A stretch of 37,485 nucleotides of DNA. Source: a virus. Taxonomy: Duplodnaviria > Caudoviricetes. Below, piece by piece: positions 25,403 to 35,143 of this stretch (positions are counted from its first letter, which is position 1; each line of letters starts with the position of its first letter). Below the pieces are notes generated by a model that was not told where the DNA came from, searched no databases, and saw only the letters and a list, made by a program, of their open reading frames with translations. The stretch lies in the IMG/VR virus record IMGVR_UViG_3300021560_000039, positions 1 through 37,485 of that record, one strand, 5' to 3'. The position numbers and the translations under genes were made by a program.

Positions 25403-26173
25403 ATGCCGATGCAAGGGGCCGGCGTGGCCCGCGTGACGCCATCGAAGGACGGGTTCACCCTCCGCGGCCTCCTGCCCCCCGCACTCCGCGGCGAGCCCGA
25501 CACGGTCAAGATCCAATTCTATTCTTATGTGTTACAGGTAACGCTGAAGGAGAAGGACCGGGAATTGGCCGAGGGCAAGGACAAGGACGGCAAGCCGCTC
25601 CGGCCGATCTCGCCGCGGACGCGCAAGTACCGCCGCAGTGCCATGACCCCGAGCGGCAAGGGCGATCCGTCGGCCCCGCCCCTGATGCCCGGCCGGGCCC
25701 TATCCCGCACCCGATCGCTGCTCACCGGCCGGGCGTTCCCGGACCGTTGCGAGATCTGGTGGAGTTACGATCCGCTGACCTATGATAGCTGGGCCCGTAT
25801 CCTCGAGTATCAACGCGACCGATGGCCCGGCCGCGACGTCTTCGGCCTCTCGCAGGACGCCCTGGCCAGGGTCACCGCCCGCTCGTGGAAGGCGTTCGCC
25901 CGATGGCAGGCGGGCCGCAAGTCGGCCCCGCCGCCGCCGCCGCCGATCGGCCGGCCGGTGGCCCCGGCCCCGCGGCGGCTGCCGACGCCCGGCCGGGCGC
26001 CCACGCCGACGGCCGAGCCCGGGATGGGCCCGACCCCGCATCCCGCCGGCGTCGAGTCGACCGGCGGCCTGACCTGGCCCGAGTGGTCCAAGCGACTCCG
26101 TCAGCCGGCGCCGACCCCGCGGACGGGCCGGCGACGGCCGTTCAATGTGTTGCTCCGGATGATCTTCGGATGA
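25403..26173 (+). CDS. Virion morphogenesis / tail-completion-like protein (paralog of 28135-28764)
   Basis: Shares G.DKDG.P..P, PPL.P....SR..S.L and RD..G motifs with the 28135 ORF; start uncertain. Confidence 0.7.
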   Translation: MPMQGAGVARVTPSKDGFTLRGLLPPALRGEPDTVKIQFYSYVLQVTLKEKDRELAEGKDKDGKPLRPISPRTRKYRRSAMTPSGKGDPSAPPLMPGRALSRTRSLLTGRAFPDRCEIWWSYDPLTYDSWARILEYQRDRWPGRDVFGLSQDALARVTARSWKAFARWQAGRKSAPPPPPPIGRPVAPAPRRLPTPGRAPTPTAEPGMGPTPHPAGVESTGGLTWPEWSKRLRQPAPTPRTGRRRPFNVLLRMIFG

Positions 26174-26191
26174 ATTGAGGAGCCGAGCCCC

Positions 26192-26539
26192 ATGACGACC
26201 GCGACGACCACGCACGCGCCGGCGACCAGGGCGGCGACCGCCTGCGGCTGCCCGGTCCCCGGATGCACGAATGCGGCGACCTACGACCTGGCCCCGAACC
26301 CCGGCGCGCCGACCGGCCCGGCGCCGCCGCCGCATCCCGACCCGCCCGGCGTGACGCTGCCCCGGCCGCCCGACGCGATCGCGCCGGGGCCGTGGCACCT
26401 GGTGACCTGCACCGACGCCGGCGGCATCCCGCTCCATCGCACGCTCTGGGCCGACGGCCGGCTGGCGGACCTGCCGCCGCCGCCGGCGAAGTCGGCCGAC
26501 AAGCACGCGCACGCGCAGGCGGAGGCGGCGAGGAAGTAA
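26192..26539 (+). CDS. Hypothetical Pro-rich protein
   Basis: GAGGAG RBS; fills the gap in the operon. Confidence 0.6.
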   Translation: MTTATTTHAPATRAATACGCPVPGCTNAATYDLAPNPGAPTGPAPPPHPDPPGVTLPRPPDAIAPGPWHLVTCTDAGGIPLHRTLWADGRLADLPPPPAKSADKHAHAQAEAARK

Positions 26540-26540
26540 C

Positions 26541-27083
26541 GTGGGCCTGGACCTGCCGCCCTCGCCCCGCCGGCTGGTGTTCCGCCGGGTCGTCCAGCAG
26601 ATCAGGGATGACCCGCTCATCCGGCGGGCGGTGCGGACCATCCTGGCGTGGGACGGCAAGCCCGACGACGCCCGCCAGCTGACGATCGCGCAGGCCCCCG
26701 GCCTCCGGATCACGCCCACGTTCGGCCCCGACACCTGGGCCTTCCCGGACGCGCAGCGGGGCTGGATGTTCCTCGCGGTGGAGATGCTGGTCCCGGGCTA
26801 CGACGCCGGCGACATGATGGACCTGTGGTGGGCCCTCGAGCGGGCCCTCTACCCGCCCGACGGCGCGGCGCGGATGGCGTTCCAGCGGGATCTGCGCGAG
26901 GTCGGCCTGCCGCAGGGCCTCGCCGGCGCCTACACCGGCCTGATCGAGTTCAGCCAGCCGATCGCCGACGACTCGCCGAGCGACCAGCATCAACATGCAG
27001 TCGGACAATTGCGCATCGAAATGTTGCTCAATCTGAACACCTGCGGCGGGTCGGGTCCGGCCCCGGCATCGGCCCGGAGATAG
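26541..27083 (+). CDS. Putative tail terminator protein
   Basis: 180 aa directly upstream of the tail tube gene (synteny only). Confidence 0.6.
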   Translation: MGLDLPPSPRRLVFRRVVQQIRDDPLIRRAVRTILAWDGKPDDARQLTIAQAPGLRITPTFGPDTWAFPDAQRGWMFLAVEMLVPGYDAGDMMDLWWALERALYPPDGAARMAFQRDLREVGLPQGLAGAYTGLIEFSQPIADDSPSDQHQHAVGQLRIEMLLNLNTCGGSGPAPASARR

Positions 27084-27111
27084 GGGGTGTGCCATCGCTC
27101 GTGAATTTCTG

Positions 27112-28128
27112 ATGATCACACAAGAATCCTCCTATCTGACGCCGGTGGCCGGCCCGGTCGTCTGGACGACGGCGGCGCCGACCGGCGTGAACGCGTATTA
27201 CATCCGGCTCGACGAGGGCAATGCCTTCGCGATGCGCGCCCGCCCGCAGGAGGTCGAGGTCCCCTACGGCGGCGGCCTGGCGATCGGGGCCTACCGCGTC
27301 AGCGACAAGATCGAGTGCCGGGGCAACCTCCGGCTCAAGCTCACGGCGGGGATCGCGCCATTCATCCTGGGGTGGGCCTCGACCCGGGTCGACGCCGCCC
27401 GGACGCTGCCCTGGCCGCAGGCGTCGGAGCCGCCCGGCGACCTGGCGAGCTGCTCGATCTATCACGCGATCATGCGCGACGACGGCAGCTATCGCCGGCG
27501 GGTCTATCTCGGATGCAAGGTCGATTCGTGGGCGCTGGACATCTCGACCGACAGCACCGTGGGCACGCTCAACCTGGGCGTCTCGGGGAGCACCCCGCAA
27601 GGCAACGTCTACGACGGGTCGGCCGACCCGACCGCCGCCGTCTTCCCGCCGCCGTCGGACGACAACCTGCCGGTGGACCCCTACCTGTTCGCCCACACCT
27701 CGAACCTCGCGGGCGGGTCGGTGATGATCAACGGCGCCGATCGGCAGGCGATCACGCAATTGACATTCAACGGCACCAATACGCTGGCGCGGAGCTTCTT
27801 CAATCAGCGGTTCCTGGGCAAGCTGCGATTCGTGGGCCGCAAGACGACGGCCGCGGTCCGGCTGGAATACGCGCTCGCGCCGGCGGGCGACGACCGGCCC
27901 GTCTACGAAGGCCAGATGCCCTACGGCGTGACGCCGATCCCGGTCGTGATCATGTTCTCGACCGAGCCCACCGGCGGCCATACGCTGCAATTGCAGATGA
28001 ATGCCAACAACGTCATCGATCCCCTGGACGAGGACCTGCCGCTCGATAACCTCTATTTCCAGTCCTCGACGCACAATAACCTCTGGGATGCGACGGCGCA
28101 CGAAGACTTCCACTTCAACTTCACGTGA
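27112..28128 (+). CDS. Major tail tube protein
   Basis: ITQESSY.TP start, RRVYLGCKVDSWALD and G.RK motifs typical of phage tail tube proteins. Confidence 0.75.
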   Translation: MITQESSYLTPVAGPVVWTTAAPTGVNAYYIRLDEGNAFAMRARPQEVEVPYGGGLAIGAYRVSDKIECRGNLRLKLTAGIAPFILGWASTRVDAARTLPWPQASEPPGDLASCSIYHAIMRDDGSYRRRVYLGCKVDSWALDISTDSTVGTLNLGVSGSTPQGNVYDGSADPTAAVFPPPSDDNLPVDPYLFAHTSNLAGGSVMINGADRQAITQLTFNGTNTLARSFFNQRFLGKLRFVGRKTTAAVRLEYALAPAGDDRPVYEGQMPYGVTPIPVVIMFSTEPTGGHTLQLQMNANNVIDPLDEDLPLDNLYFQSSTHNNLWDATAHEDFHFNFT

Positions 28129-28134
28129 GCATCG

Positions 28135-28764
28135 ATGGCCCTGGTGGACCTGTCCGCGATCGACCGCCTTTTGGCCCGGCTGGCGAAGGTCGGCGACGAC
28201 CTGTGGGTCGACGCCTCGGGCCTGATGGTCTCGCTCATGAAGATCATCGACGACGACAATCGGGAAGGCGTCCTCGCCGGGCTGGACAAGGACGGCGTGC
28301 CCATGGCCCCCGTGACCTACCGGCCGAAGCCGACCCTGACCATCCTGCGGCCGACGAAGGCGCAGGAGAACACGACCAACGCCCGCGCCCGCCGCGGGGC
28401 CATGGCGGGCTTCGGCCCCGCGGCGGCCGGGCTGCACAACAACCTGACGTCGCGGGAATATGGCCGGCTGGCCGGCCCGCCGCTGGCCCCGCGGGGGGCC
28501 TTTTCCAGGGTCGTCAGCAACCTGGCGACCGGGTATCAACGGCTGGACCTCGCGCGCTGGGAAGCCTACGGCTACTGGCACGACGTCGTGTCGACGGGGG
28601 GCGTGCCGTTCCTGCACGCGCATTTCACCGGGGCGGCGACCGGCCGGGACCATCGGGTCGGGCTGCCCCGTCGCGACCTCCGCGGGGTCCGGCCCGACGG
28701 GAGGGCGGAGGCGGCGAAGGCGGCCCGCAACTGGGCGCTCGACGTGCTGAGGAGGTCCGGCTAG
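28135..28764 (+). CDS. Virion morphogenesis family-like protein
   Basis: DKDGVP.AP, FLHAHFTG and LPRRDLRG pattern. Confidence 0.65.
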   Translation: MALVDLSAIDRLLARLAKVGDDLWVDASGLMVSLMKIIDDDNREGVLAGLDKDGVPMAPVTYRPKPTLTILRPTKAQENTTNARARRGAMAGFGPAAAGLHNNLTSREYGRLAGPPLAPRGAFSRVVSNLATGYQRLDLARWEAYGYWHDVVSTGGVPFLHAHFTGAATGRDHRVGLPRRDLRGVRPDGRAEAAKAARNWALDVLRRSG

Positions 28765-30309
28765 ATGCCCGGCGGCGACGAGACGATCCGATTGATCGTC
28801 GACATGGGCCAGTCGGCCTCGAACGTCGAGCGCGTGCGCGGCAAGCTCGACGACCTCAGCGGGTCGGCGAAGCAGGCGGCCGAGACCTACGAGGTCCTGA
28901 CCACGGTGGTCGCCAAGGGGACCACCGCGATGGCGAGCTATGCCATCGCCACCGACAAGGCCGACGTCGCCATCGACAAGCTGGTGGCGGATGCGGTCGA
29001 ACAGGCTCGCGCCCAGAAGGCCATGAACGAGGTCCTCCGGGAGACGGCGACCGCGGCGGAGAGGGCGGCCGGCGACAAGCGGGCCGGCGGCCGGGGCGTG
29101 CTGGGCCTGTCGTATGCCTTCCAGGACTTCACCGGCGTCCTGTCGGCGGGCGGCGGCCTCGGGCAGGCGATGGGCGCGATCGCGAACAACATCGATCAGA
29201 TCGCGACGGCGGCGGGGGCGACGGCCAAGCAGGCCGGCGCCATGTCGATCGCGTTCACGGGGCTGACCCTGGCCCTGCCCGTGCTGATCCCGCTGGTCAA
29301 GGACCTCTGGAAGGCGCTGGCCGGGGCCGAGGGCGGGGAGGGCCCGCGGGTCGTCGTCGACGCCCTGGATGCGGCGCGAGAGCGGGTCGAGGGCATCCGC
29401 AAGGAGTTGGAGAAGATCATGGCGATGAGGCCGCCCGAGGAGGCCGAGACCAAGAGGGGCTTCGAGGAGGGCATCGAGATGATGGGCGGTGGCAAGGCCC
29501 TGCTCGCGGCCCTCTCGCAGGCGATGGTCGCCGCGGGGCGGGTGCAGCTCACCCCGGCGGAAGAGGAGAAGATCGCGGCGGCGCGGCAGAAGGGCCAGAT
29601 CGCCGGGATCGGCGGCGTCACCGACGAGCAGATACGCAAGATCGAGGCCGCGGTCAAGCCCGGCCCCGGCGCCCGGGAGGAGATCCGCCAGCAGATCATC
29701 AACGCGATCGCCGTGGACCGGGCCGGCGAGCTGCTGGGCCGATTGCCGACCGAGGCCGGGGCGAGGGACATCGCCCGCGCCCTGGCCCGACGGGTGCCGG
29801 GGGCCTTCCCCCGCGGATTCGCCGAGCGCATGGCCGAGCTGGAGCCCGAGGCGCGGCGCCGGGCCGAGATGGAAGACGTCGCCGACGAGCAGGAGCAGGG
29901 GGAGCTGGAGGGACGTCACAGGCGGCAGGCCGCGGAGAGGCGGGCCGCCGCGAAGGCGCGACGAGACGCCGAGGCGGCGGGCCGGAAGGCGGACGCGGAT
30001 ACCCAACGGGCCGAGGCGCAGGCCGCCCGGCGGGTCGAGGGAGGGCAGCGGCTCGGCCGTCTCGTCGGCACGGCCGCCGCCCGCGGGGAGCGGCCGGCGG
30101 CCGGGCAGCCCGCTCCCCGCCCGATGAGGCTGCTCGGCGGCGAGCCGACCGCGCACGAGCAGATGCAGGCCATCGCGGAGAATCAGGCCCAGATGGCCGA
30201 CAACCAGCGGGCCCTCGCGGAGCTGAACCGGGAGATCCAGCGGGCCCGGCGGAAGAATCGGACCACCGTCGAGTTCCTCAATCAGCCCGGGATCAATCAG
30301 GGACGCTGA
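28765..30309 (+). CDS. Tape measure-like protein
   Basis: Ala-rich helical; LSYAFQDF...ANNIDQIA motif, hydrophobic segment; position in the tail module. Confidence 0.75.
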   Translation: MPGGDETIRLIVDMGQSASNVERVRGKLDDLSGSAKQAAETYEVLTTVVAKGTTAMASYAIATDKADVAIDKLVADAVEQARAQKAMNEVLRETATAAERAAGDKRAGGRGVLGLSYAFQDFTGVLSAGGGLGQAMGAIANNIDQIATAAGATAKQAGAMSIAFTGLTLALPVLIPLVKDLWKALAGAEGGEGPRVVVDALDAARERVEGIRKELEKIMAMRPPEEAETKRGFEEGIEMMGGGKALLAALSQAMVAAGRVQLTPAEEEKIAAARQKGQIAGIGGVTDEQIRKIEAAVKPGPGAREEIRQQIINAIAVDRAGELLGRLPTEAGARDIARALARRVPGAFPRGFAERMAELEPEARRRAEMEDVADEQEQGELEGRHRRQAAERRAAAKARRDAEAAGRKADADTQRAEAQAARRVEGGQRLGRLVGTAAARGERPAAGQPAPRPMRLLGGEPTAHEQMQAIAENQAQMADNQRALAELNREIQRARRKNRTTVEFLNQPGINQGR

Positions 30310-30310
30310 C

Positions 30311-32797
30311 GTGGCGGGCCGCGGGTCGAATGGCATCGCACCCCGCTCGGGGCCGCCGCCCGACGTCCTTACCATCGCCGGCGCGGACATCGACCTGGTG
30401 GCGACGAACACCACGATCGATTCGCTCACGTCCTTCGACCGCGGCGGGGCCCCGTCGCTGGGGTTCTCCCGCCTCACGGGCACGCCCGGTGCCCTGCCCG
30501 ACCCGTGGCATCTCAGGCCCTGCACGCTCTCGATGCGGTCCACGATCGTCTTCGCCGGGACCGTCACGGGCTATACCGACCGCTACCTGGCGGACCTCGG
30601 CTGGCTGCGGGAATATCGCGCCGTCGGGCTGGGCTACAATGCCAATTACATCCCGGTGACGGACAGTCAATCGCTCACCGACACCTCGACGTGGAATCTA
30701 CCCGGCGACGACGTCAACATGGTCCCGGCCCGCGCCGGCCAGTCCGTCGGCCAGATCGTCGGGGCCATCCTGACGATGGTGCAGAATGCCAACGGCCTCG
30801 CCGCCGCCGGGCTCGGCAACTACACGACCGCGCCCCCGTACACCTCGCCGCCGACGCTGCCGAGCGCCACCGCGAATGACCTCGCCGCGCTCACATTCAT
30901 CCCGGTCGGGGCGGTCCGCGTCGCCGGCGAGCGGATCCTGGCCGCGCTGGAGGGATTCGTCAGGTCGTGGCATCCCAATCATTTCTTGCACGTCCAGCCC
31001 GACGGCACCATCCGTTTCCTCGACCCGCGGACCTTCCCGGTCACGATCGTCACCCTCAACGACCCGTCGGATCATCGCTGGGATATGCCCGAGCTGACCC
31101 GGGATGCCTCGGACAACTACAGTCAGGTCATGGTCCGGGGCAACACGCTCTGTCGCGGGCTCACGCTCCAGGACAAGCCCTGGCCGGGCTCGACCGCGGC
31201 CGACGGCGGGCTGTCCGAGGACTTCGCCCACGACGGGATGACCAACGCCGCGGCCAAGTCGGCCTGGGTGCCGACGGACTGGAGCCAGCCCAACGGCGGC
31301 CTGGGGCCGGCGATGGAGACGGGGACGTGCACCGCGACCGACACGACCCATCTCACGCTGGCGACCCGCAACAGCTACGCCGCGAACCAGCTGGCCCAGG
31401 GGGCGGGCGAGCTGCTGGGCTGGGTGAACCTGTCCTCGGATTCGCTGCTGAGCACCGTCGATCAATACTGGCTGGCCCGGGTCATCGCCAATGCCGCCAG
31501 CACCGGGAGTGCCGGGGCCTACTCGACCGCGATCACGATCGATGCCCCGACGCCGGATACCACGTACGGCAGCTATCAGCTCTTCGGCCTGGCCGCCGGC
31601 GCCAACGTGGTGGGCCGGCGGTACAAGGTGACCAACGCGGCCATCGCCCACGCGATGCAGCTGGTCGCCCCCTATCCGCTGGCGATGGCCTACGCCAACG
31701 GCTCCTCCGCCGAGATGACGTCGACCCCGATGGGTTTGATCCAGTTCAGCCCGACCGGTGGGACGTCGCCCCCCTACGCCGTCTCGTCCGACGGCGTGAC
31801 GATCGACCCGCAGGGGGGCCTCATCTACTTCGACACCCCGGTCCAGGTGATCGCCGGCGGGCTCCAGACGCCCGTGCGCTGGCCGGCCATCGTCCAGGCG
31901 TTCCTCATCGTGGGCGTGGGCACGATGGCGGCGTATGCGCCCTCCTCGACGGGGCATGCCGGCACCCTATACACCGTCGAGGGGGTCGCCCGGACCAAGA
32001 CGATCACGGTGCTGGACTGGCGGGACCAATCGAACCAATCGAATATGCAGACGTACGCGAATGAAGTCCTCGACTCGGTCAAGGATGTCGTCGTCGAGGG
32101 GACGCTGCCCTACCAGGGATTGCCCGACATCTCGCATCTCGCCCCCGGCAAGGCGGTGTCGATCGCCGGGGCCGACTTCGTCACCGGGTGGGAGTCGATC
32201 GCGCTGCCCGTGGTCGCCTGCGAGGTCAATTTCCAGAACGGGCCGACCGGGACCAGCTATCACACCACGCTGCGGCTGTCGAACCGCCGGACGCCGTATG
32301 ACGCGTCGAACTTCCTCCGGCCCAACATGACCATGGCCATGATCGCCGGCGGGCTGTCGGGCCCCTTCGGCGCGGCCTATGCCCCGAGCCGGGCCGAATC
32401 GGCCTCGCTGCAGCAACAGGCCCGCGACCTGACGGCCTCATCGCGGCGGCCGGCGGCCGGGTTCACGGGCCGGACGATCGCCGCGTCGGACGTCGTGCCC
32501 GGCGGGCTGGAGTCCGCCGCCGCGGGGATGGCCGGGGGCCTGTACGGCGCCGGCGTGGAGATGGCCGGGGCCTTCGGCGTGGACCTCGGGGCCCCCGGCG
32601 GGATGGCCGGCGACCTCGGCGACATGGGCCCGGAGGGCCGGCTCCCGAAGGCCGGACGCCTGCCCTTCGAGCGGCCCGGATTCGAGCGGGTCGCGGAGGG
32701 CGAGCGGCCGGGATTCGAGCGGCTGCCCGCCGCCGAGCGCGCCGGCGAGGCCGAGCGACGCGAGGGGATCCGCCGCCGGCCGGAGGGGCCGGATTAG
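30311..32797 (+). CDS. Tail tip / hub protein
   Basis: 828 aa after the tape measure gene; VQPDGTIRF, YSQVMVRG and PGKAVSI..V..V beta motifs. Confidence 0.7.
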   Translation: MAGRGSNGIAPRSGPPPDVLTIAGADIDLVATNTTIDSLTSFDRGGAPSLGFSRLTGTPGALPDPWHLRPCTLSMRSTIVFAGTVTGYTDRYLADLGWLREYRAVGLGYNANYIPVTDSQSLTDTSTWNLPGDDVNMVPARAGQSVGQIVGAILTMVQNANGLAAAGLGNYTTAPPYTSPPTLPSATANDLAALTFIPVGAVRVAGERILAALEGFVRSWHPNHFLHVQPDGTIRFLDPRTFPVTIVTLNDPSDHRWDMPELTRDASDNYSQVMVRGNTLCRGLTLQDKPWPGSTAADGGLSEDFAHDGMTNAAAKSAWVPTDWSQPNGGLGPAMETGTCTATDTTHLTLATRNSYAANQLAQGAGELLGWVNLSSDSLLSTVDQYWLARVIANAASTGSAGAYSTAITIDAPTPDTTYGSYQLFGLAAGANVVGRRYKVTNAAIAHAMQLVAPYPLAMAYANGSSAEMTSTPMGLIQFSPTGGTSPPYAVSSDGVTIDPQGGLIYFDTPVQVIAGGLQTPVRWPAIVQAFLIVGVGTMAAYAPSSTGHAGTLYTVEGVARTKTITVLDWRDQSNQSNMQTYANEVLDSVKDVVVEGTLPYQGLPDISHLAPGKAVSIAGADFVTGWESIALPVVACEVNFQNGPTGTSYHTTLRLSNRRTPYDASNFLRPNMTMAMIAGGLSGPFGAAYAPSRAESASLQQQARDLTASSRRPAAGFTGRTIAASDVVPGGLESAAAGMAGGLYGAGVEMAGAFGVDLGAPGGMAGDLGDMGPEGRLPKAGRLPFERPGFERVAEGERPGFERLPAAERAGEAERREGIRRRPEGPD

Positions 32798-32798
32798 C

Positions 32799-33173
32799 AT
32801 GGGATGGGTCGAGTCCCGCATGATCCTGGCCGAGCGGTCGATCGAGGACCTCTACCGCCGGCTGGTCGACGTGATGGCGCAGGTCACCGCGTCCCGCCAG
32901 GGCCTCCGGGCCGCGAACCAGGCCCTGCCCGCGTCGGCCCCGCCCGGCGGCGGCGGCGGCGTCTTCACCTGCCCCGGGCCGACCGTGTCCACCATCGCCT
33001 CGGGCGCGAGCTTCACGTCGTCCGTCTCGCAATGCCAGGGGGGGAGCCTGGCCGTCGTGGGGAGTGCCACCGTGTACAACTGGCTGCCCGCGGCGCTGGT
33101 GCCGTCGAAGACCTGCATCGTCCTGCCCGACGGGACCGGGAGCTATGTCGTCGTCTCGCAGAGCTGCACTTGA
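32799..33173 (+). CDS. Tail-associated protein
   Basis: N-terminal coiled coil, Gly linker, beta-rich C-terminus. Confidence 0.65.
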   Translation: MGWVESRMILAERSIEDLYRRLVDVMAQVTASRQGLRAANQALPASAPPGGGGGVFTCPGPTVSTIASGASFTSSVSQCQGGSLAVVGSATVYNWLPAALVPSKTCIVLPDGTGSYVVVSQSCT

Positions 33174-33752
33174 GTGGCCGGGTTCAATCTCTTCGACGTC
33201 GGGGGCTGCCATTGCGACCGGGACTGCCTGCCCTGCCCGCTGCCCGCGGCGGGGCTGACGCTCACCTCCGTCGTGGCGGGGGCCGGCTACACGACGCCGC
33301 TGGCGTATACGCCCGGGGCGTTCGACACCTGGGCCGGCTGCGTCCCCGCCTCGCTGGGGGGCGGCTCGCCGTCGTTCCGGTTCGAGCTGCGGTGCCAGGG
33401 CGGCGCGTGCACCTGCGTCAACATCTACACCTATACCGGGGCCGGCTGCACGGGGACCGGCTCGCCGGCGTATCACTGGAGCACCACACCGCCCGGCGGG
33501 AGTTGCCTGGGCGTCGACCCCGTCGGCGGGGGCGATTCCCTGGTGGTCCCCTCGGCGACCTGCTCGCCGCTCTCCGTGACCTGGGCGGTCGGCGTCATCC
33601 CGACCTGGACGTTCACGATCGCCCCGGCCGCGGCCGCCTCGGATGCGGCCCCGGGGCCTTCGATCGCCGCGGGCCGGCCGCCGGCCCGGGTCGACTACGG
33701 CGCCGCGCCCGCCGGCCCCTGCGGCGGCTGCCCGCCCCCGCCCCCCTGCTGA
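33174..33752 (+). CDS. Cys-rich putative tail tip / adhesion protein
   Basis: GGCHCDRDCLPCPLP start and many Cys; last gene of the tail operon. Confidence 0.65.
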   Translation: MAGFNLFDVGGCHCDRDCLPCPLPAAGLTLTSVVAGAGYTTPLAYTPGAFDTWAGCVPASLGGGSPSFRFELRCQGGACTCVNIYTYTGAGCTGTGSPAYHWSTTPPGGSCLGVDPVGGGDSLVVPSATCSPLSVTWAVGVIPTWTFTIAPAAAASDAAPGPSIAAGRPPARVDYGAAPAGPCGGCPPPPPC

Positions 33753-33937
33753 GCCCGGGGCCCGCGCCGCCGCGGCGGTCGCCGCGCCGCCCCCCGCGCC
33801 GCCTCCTCGCGGGCGTGCGCCTGCATGATCAGGCCCGAGATCCATGCCGACATCGACACCCCACGATGGACCGCGTCGACCTTCGCCGCGCGGGCCGCCT
33901 CCGCCTCGATGCGTATGCTCACCGTCGCATGCCTCAT
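33695..33937 (-). CDS. RHH-like regulator
   Basis: TVSIRIEAEAARAAKVDAVHRGVSMSAWISGLI. Confidence 0.7.
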   Translation of the reverse strand: MRHATVSIRIEAEAARAAKVDAVHRGVSMSAWISGLIMQAHAREEAARGAARRPPRRRGPRAQQGGGGGQPPQGPAGAAP

Positions 33938-34145
33938 GATCGGCCCTCGGCATCCCGTCCTCCCCACGCGGACGACGAGTCTACCGCACGATCCACGGCC
34001 CCGGATCCTTTTACCACAATGCGGCATTTACCACACAGTCTCCATCCTCCGCGCCGGCCGCGTAAATGATTGTAAATTGCTTGCATCATGAAGACGGCAT
34101 GAATAGACTCGCCAAATTTGTTGGCTCCCATCGGGAGGCGGCACC

Positions 34146-34595
34146 ATGTCCCCGATCGCCCGCACATCATCGATGCCCGCGAGGCCGCCGGCCATGATCC
34201 GGCGGGTGCTGAGGCACGCGCACGCCGGTCGGATCATCGAGACGGAGGTGATCGCCGCGACGCTCGGCGACTGGGCCGACTGTCCCGAATCCGCCGGGCC
34301 GGGATGGCAGGCGCTCTACGAGGATCGCGTGGTCTTCGCGGTCCGGCCGGTGGCCGACCGGATCGACATCCCGGTCCGCGCGCTGGGCATGTTGCCGATG
34401 CCGGGCCTGCCCGGCGGCTGGTCGATCCGGCACGCGATCGGCGCCGAGCTGGTCGCGACCGCGCTGGTGACCGGGCCGGCCTGGTCAGACCCGGCGGGCC
34501 CGTCGTCGCCGTGGCTGCGGCTGCGGTTCGGCGACCGGTTCGTCGACGTCGCGCCGGTCGTGGGCGCGGACGTCATAGCCGCCCAGGGCCCGTAG
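34146..34595 (+). CDS. Hypothetical protein
   Basis: GGAGG RBS; 149-aa ORF with typical codon usage. Confidence 0.55.
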   Translation: MSPIARTSSMPARPPAMIRRVLRHAHAGRIIETEVIAATLGDWADCPESAGPGWQALYEDRVVFAVRPVADRIDIPVRALGMLPMPGLPGGWSIRHAIGAELVATALVTGPAWSDPAGPSSPWLRLRFGDRFVDVAPVVGADVIAAQGP

Positions 34596-34976
34596 GTCGG
34601 GCGGCGGCGCGTAGGCGGCGCCGGCCCCGGCGGCGAAGATCGACGTCGTCCGCCGCGGGATCGCCGCGGCGTCGATCCGCCCGGGGACCCGGCCGTGCTC
34701 GGGCGGCAGGGTCGAGAGGTGCGACTCCAATCGCCGGCCCTCCTCCAGGGCGCGGATGAGGTCCTCGTCGCAGAGGGACGCCAGGAAGGTCAGGCCCCAC
34801 GACGTCGCCGGCCCGGGGCCCTTCAATTCGCCGGCCCGCACCGGCTCGCCGCGGGCCCTGCGCGTCATCGCCCATGATCGCGCGAAGTGCGCCAGGAAAT
34901 CCCGCACCTCGGCATAGAGCATCACGTCGACCCGGCATCCGTCACGCCGCAAGTCCCGCCCGCCCGCGTCCGCCAT
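34485..34976 (-). CDS. Hypothetical protein, possible regulator
   Basis: GAGGAGG RBS before MADAGG; 3' end overlaps the convergent gene. Confidence 0.6.
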   Translation of the reverse strand: MADAGGRDLRRDGCRVDVMLYAEVRDFLAHFARSWAMTRRARGEPVRAGELKGPGPATSWGLTFLASLCDEDLIRALEEGRRLESHLSTLPPEHGRVPGRIDAAAIPRRTTSIFAAGAGAAYAPPPDLRALGGYDVRAHDRRDVDEPVAEPQPQPRRRRARRV

Positions 34977-35114
34977 GGCCCGTCCTCCTCGCGGCCTCGC
35001 CCCCATCCGGTCGCCTCCGGCACGAATCCGGATCATAATCATCCTTTCGGGGCATGGCAAGCCGATCCCGCAAGTCCGGACATGCGGACGTCCCGATGTT
35101 CGGAAGGTCACTTA

Positions 35115-35143
35115 TTGACGCGCCCGGGGCGCGGGGCTAGTCT
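35115..35143 (+). promoter_or_regulatory. Sigma70 promoter of the rightward early operon
   Basis: TTGACG-17 bp-TAGTCT; operator-like GTCCGGAC/GGACGTCC palindromes upstream at 35074-35093. Confidence 0.6.

Noticed and set aside
24524-25442. Several ORFs spanning the CRISPR array
   Set aside because: They are translations of repeats and spacers, not genes.
27028-30567. Very long antisense or alternate-frame ORFs (also 5307-7520, 19093-21348, 28125-30659)
   Set aside because: Arg/Gly/Pro-rich shadow frames of real genes, expected in high-GC DNA.
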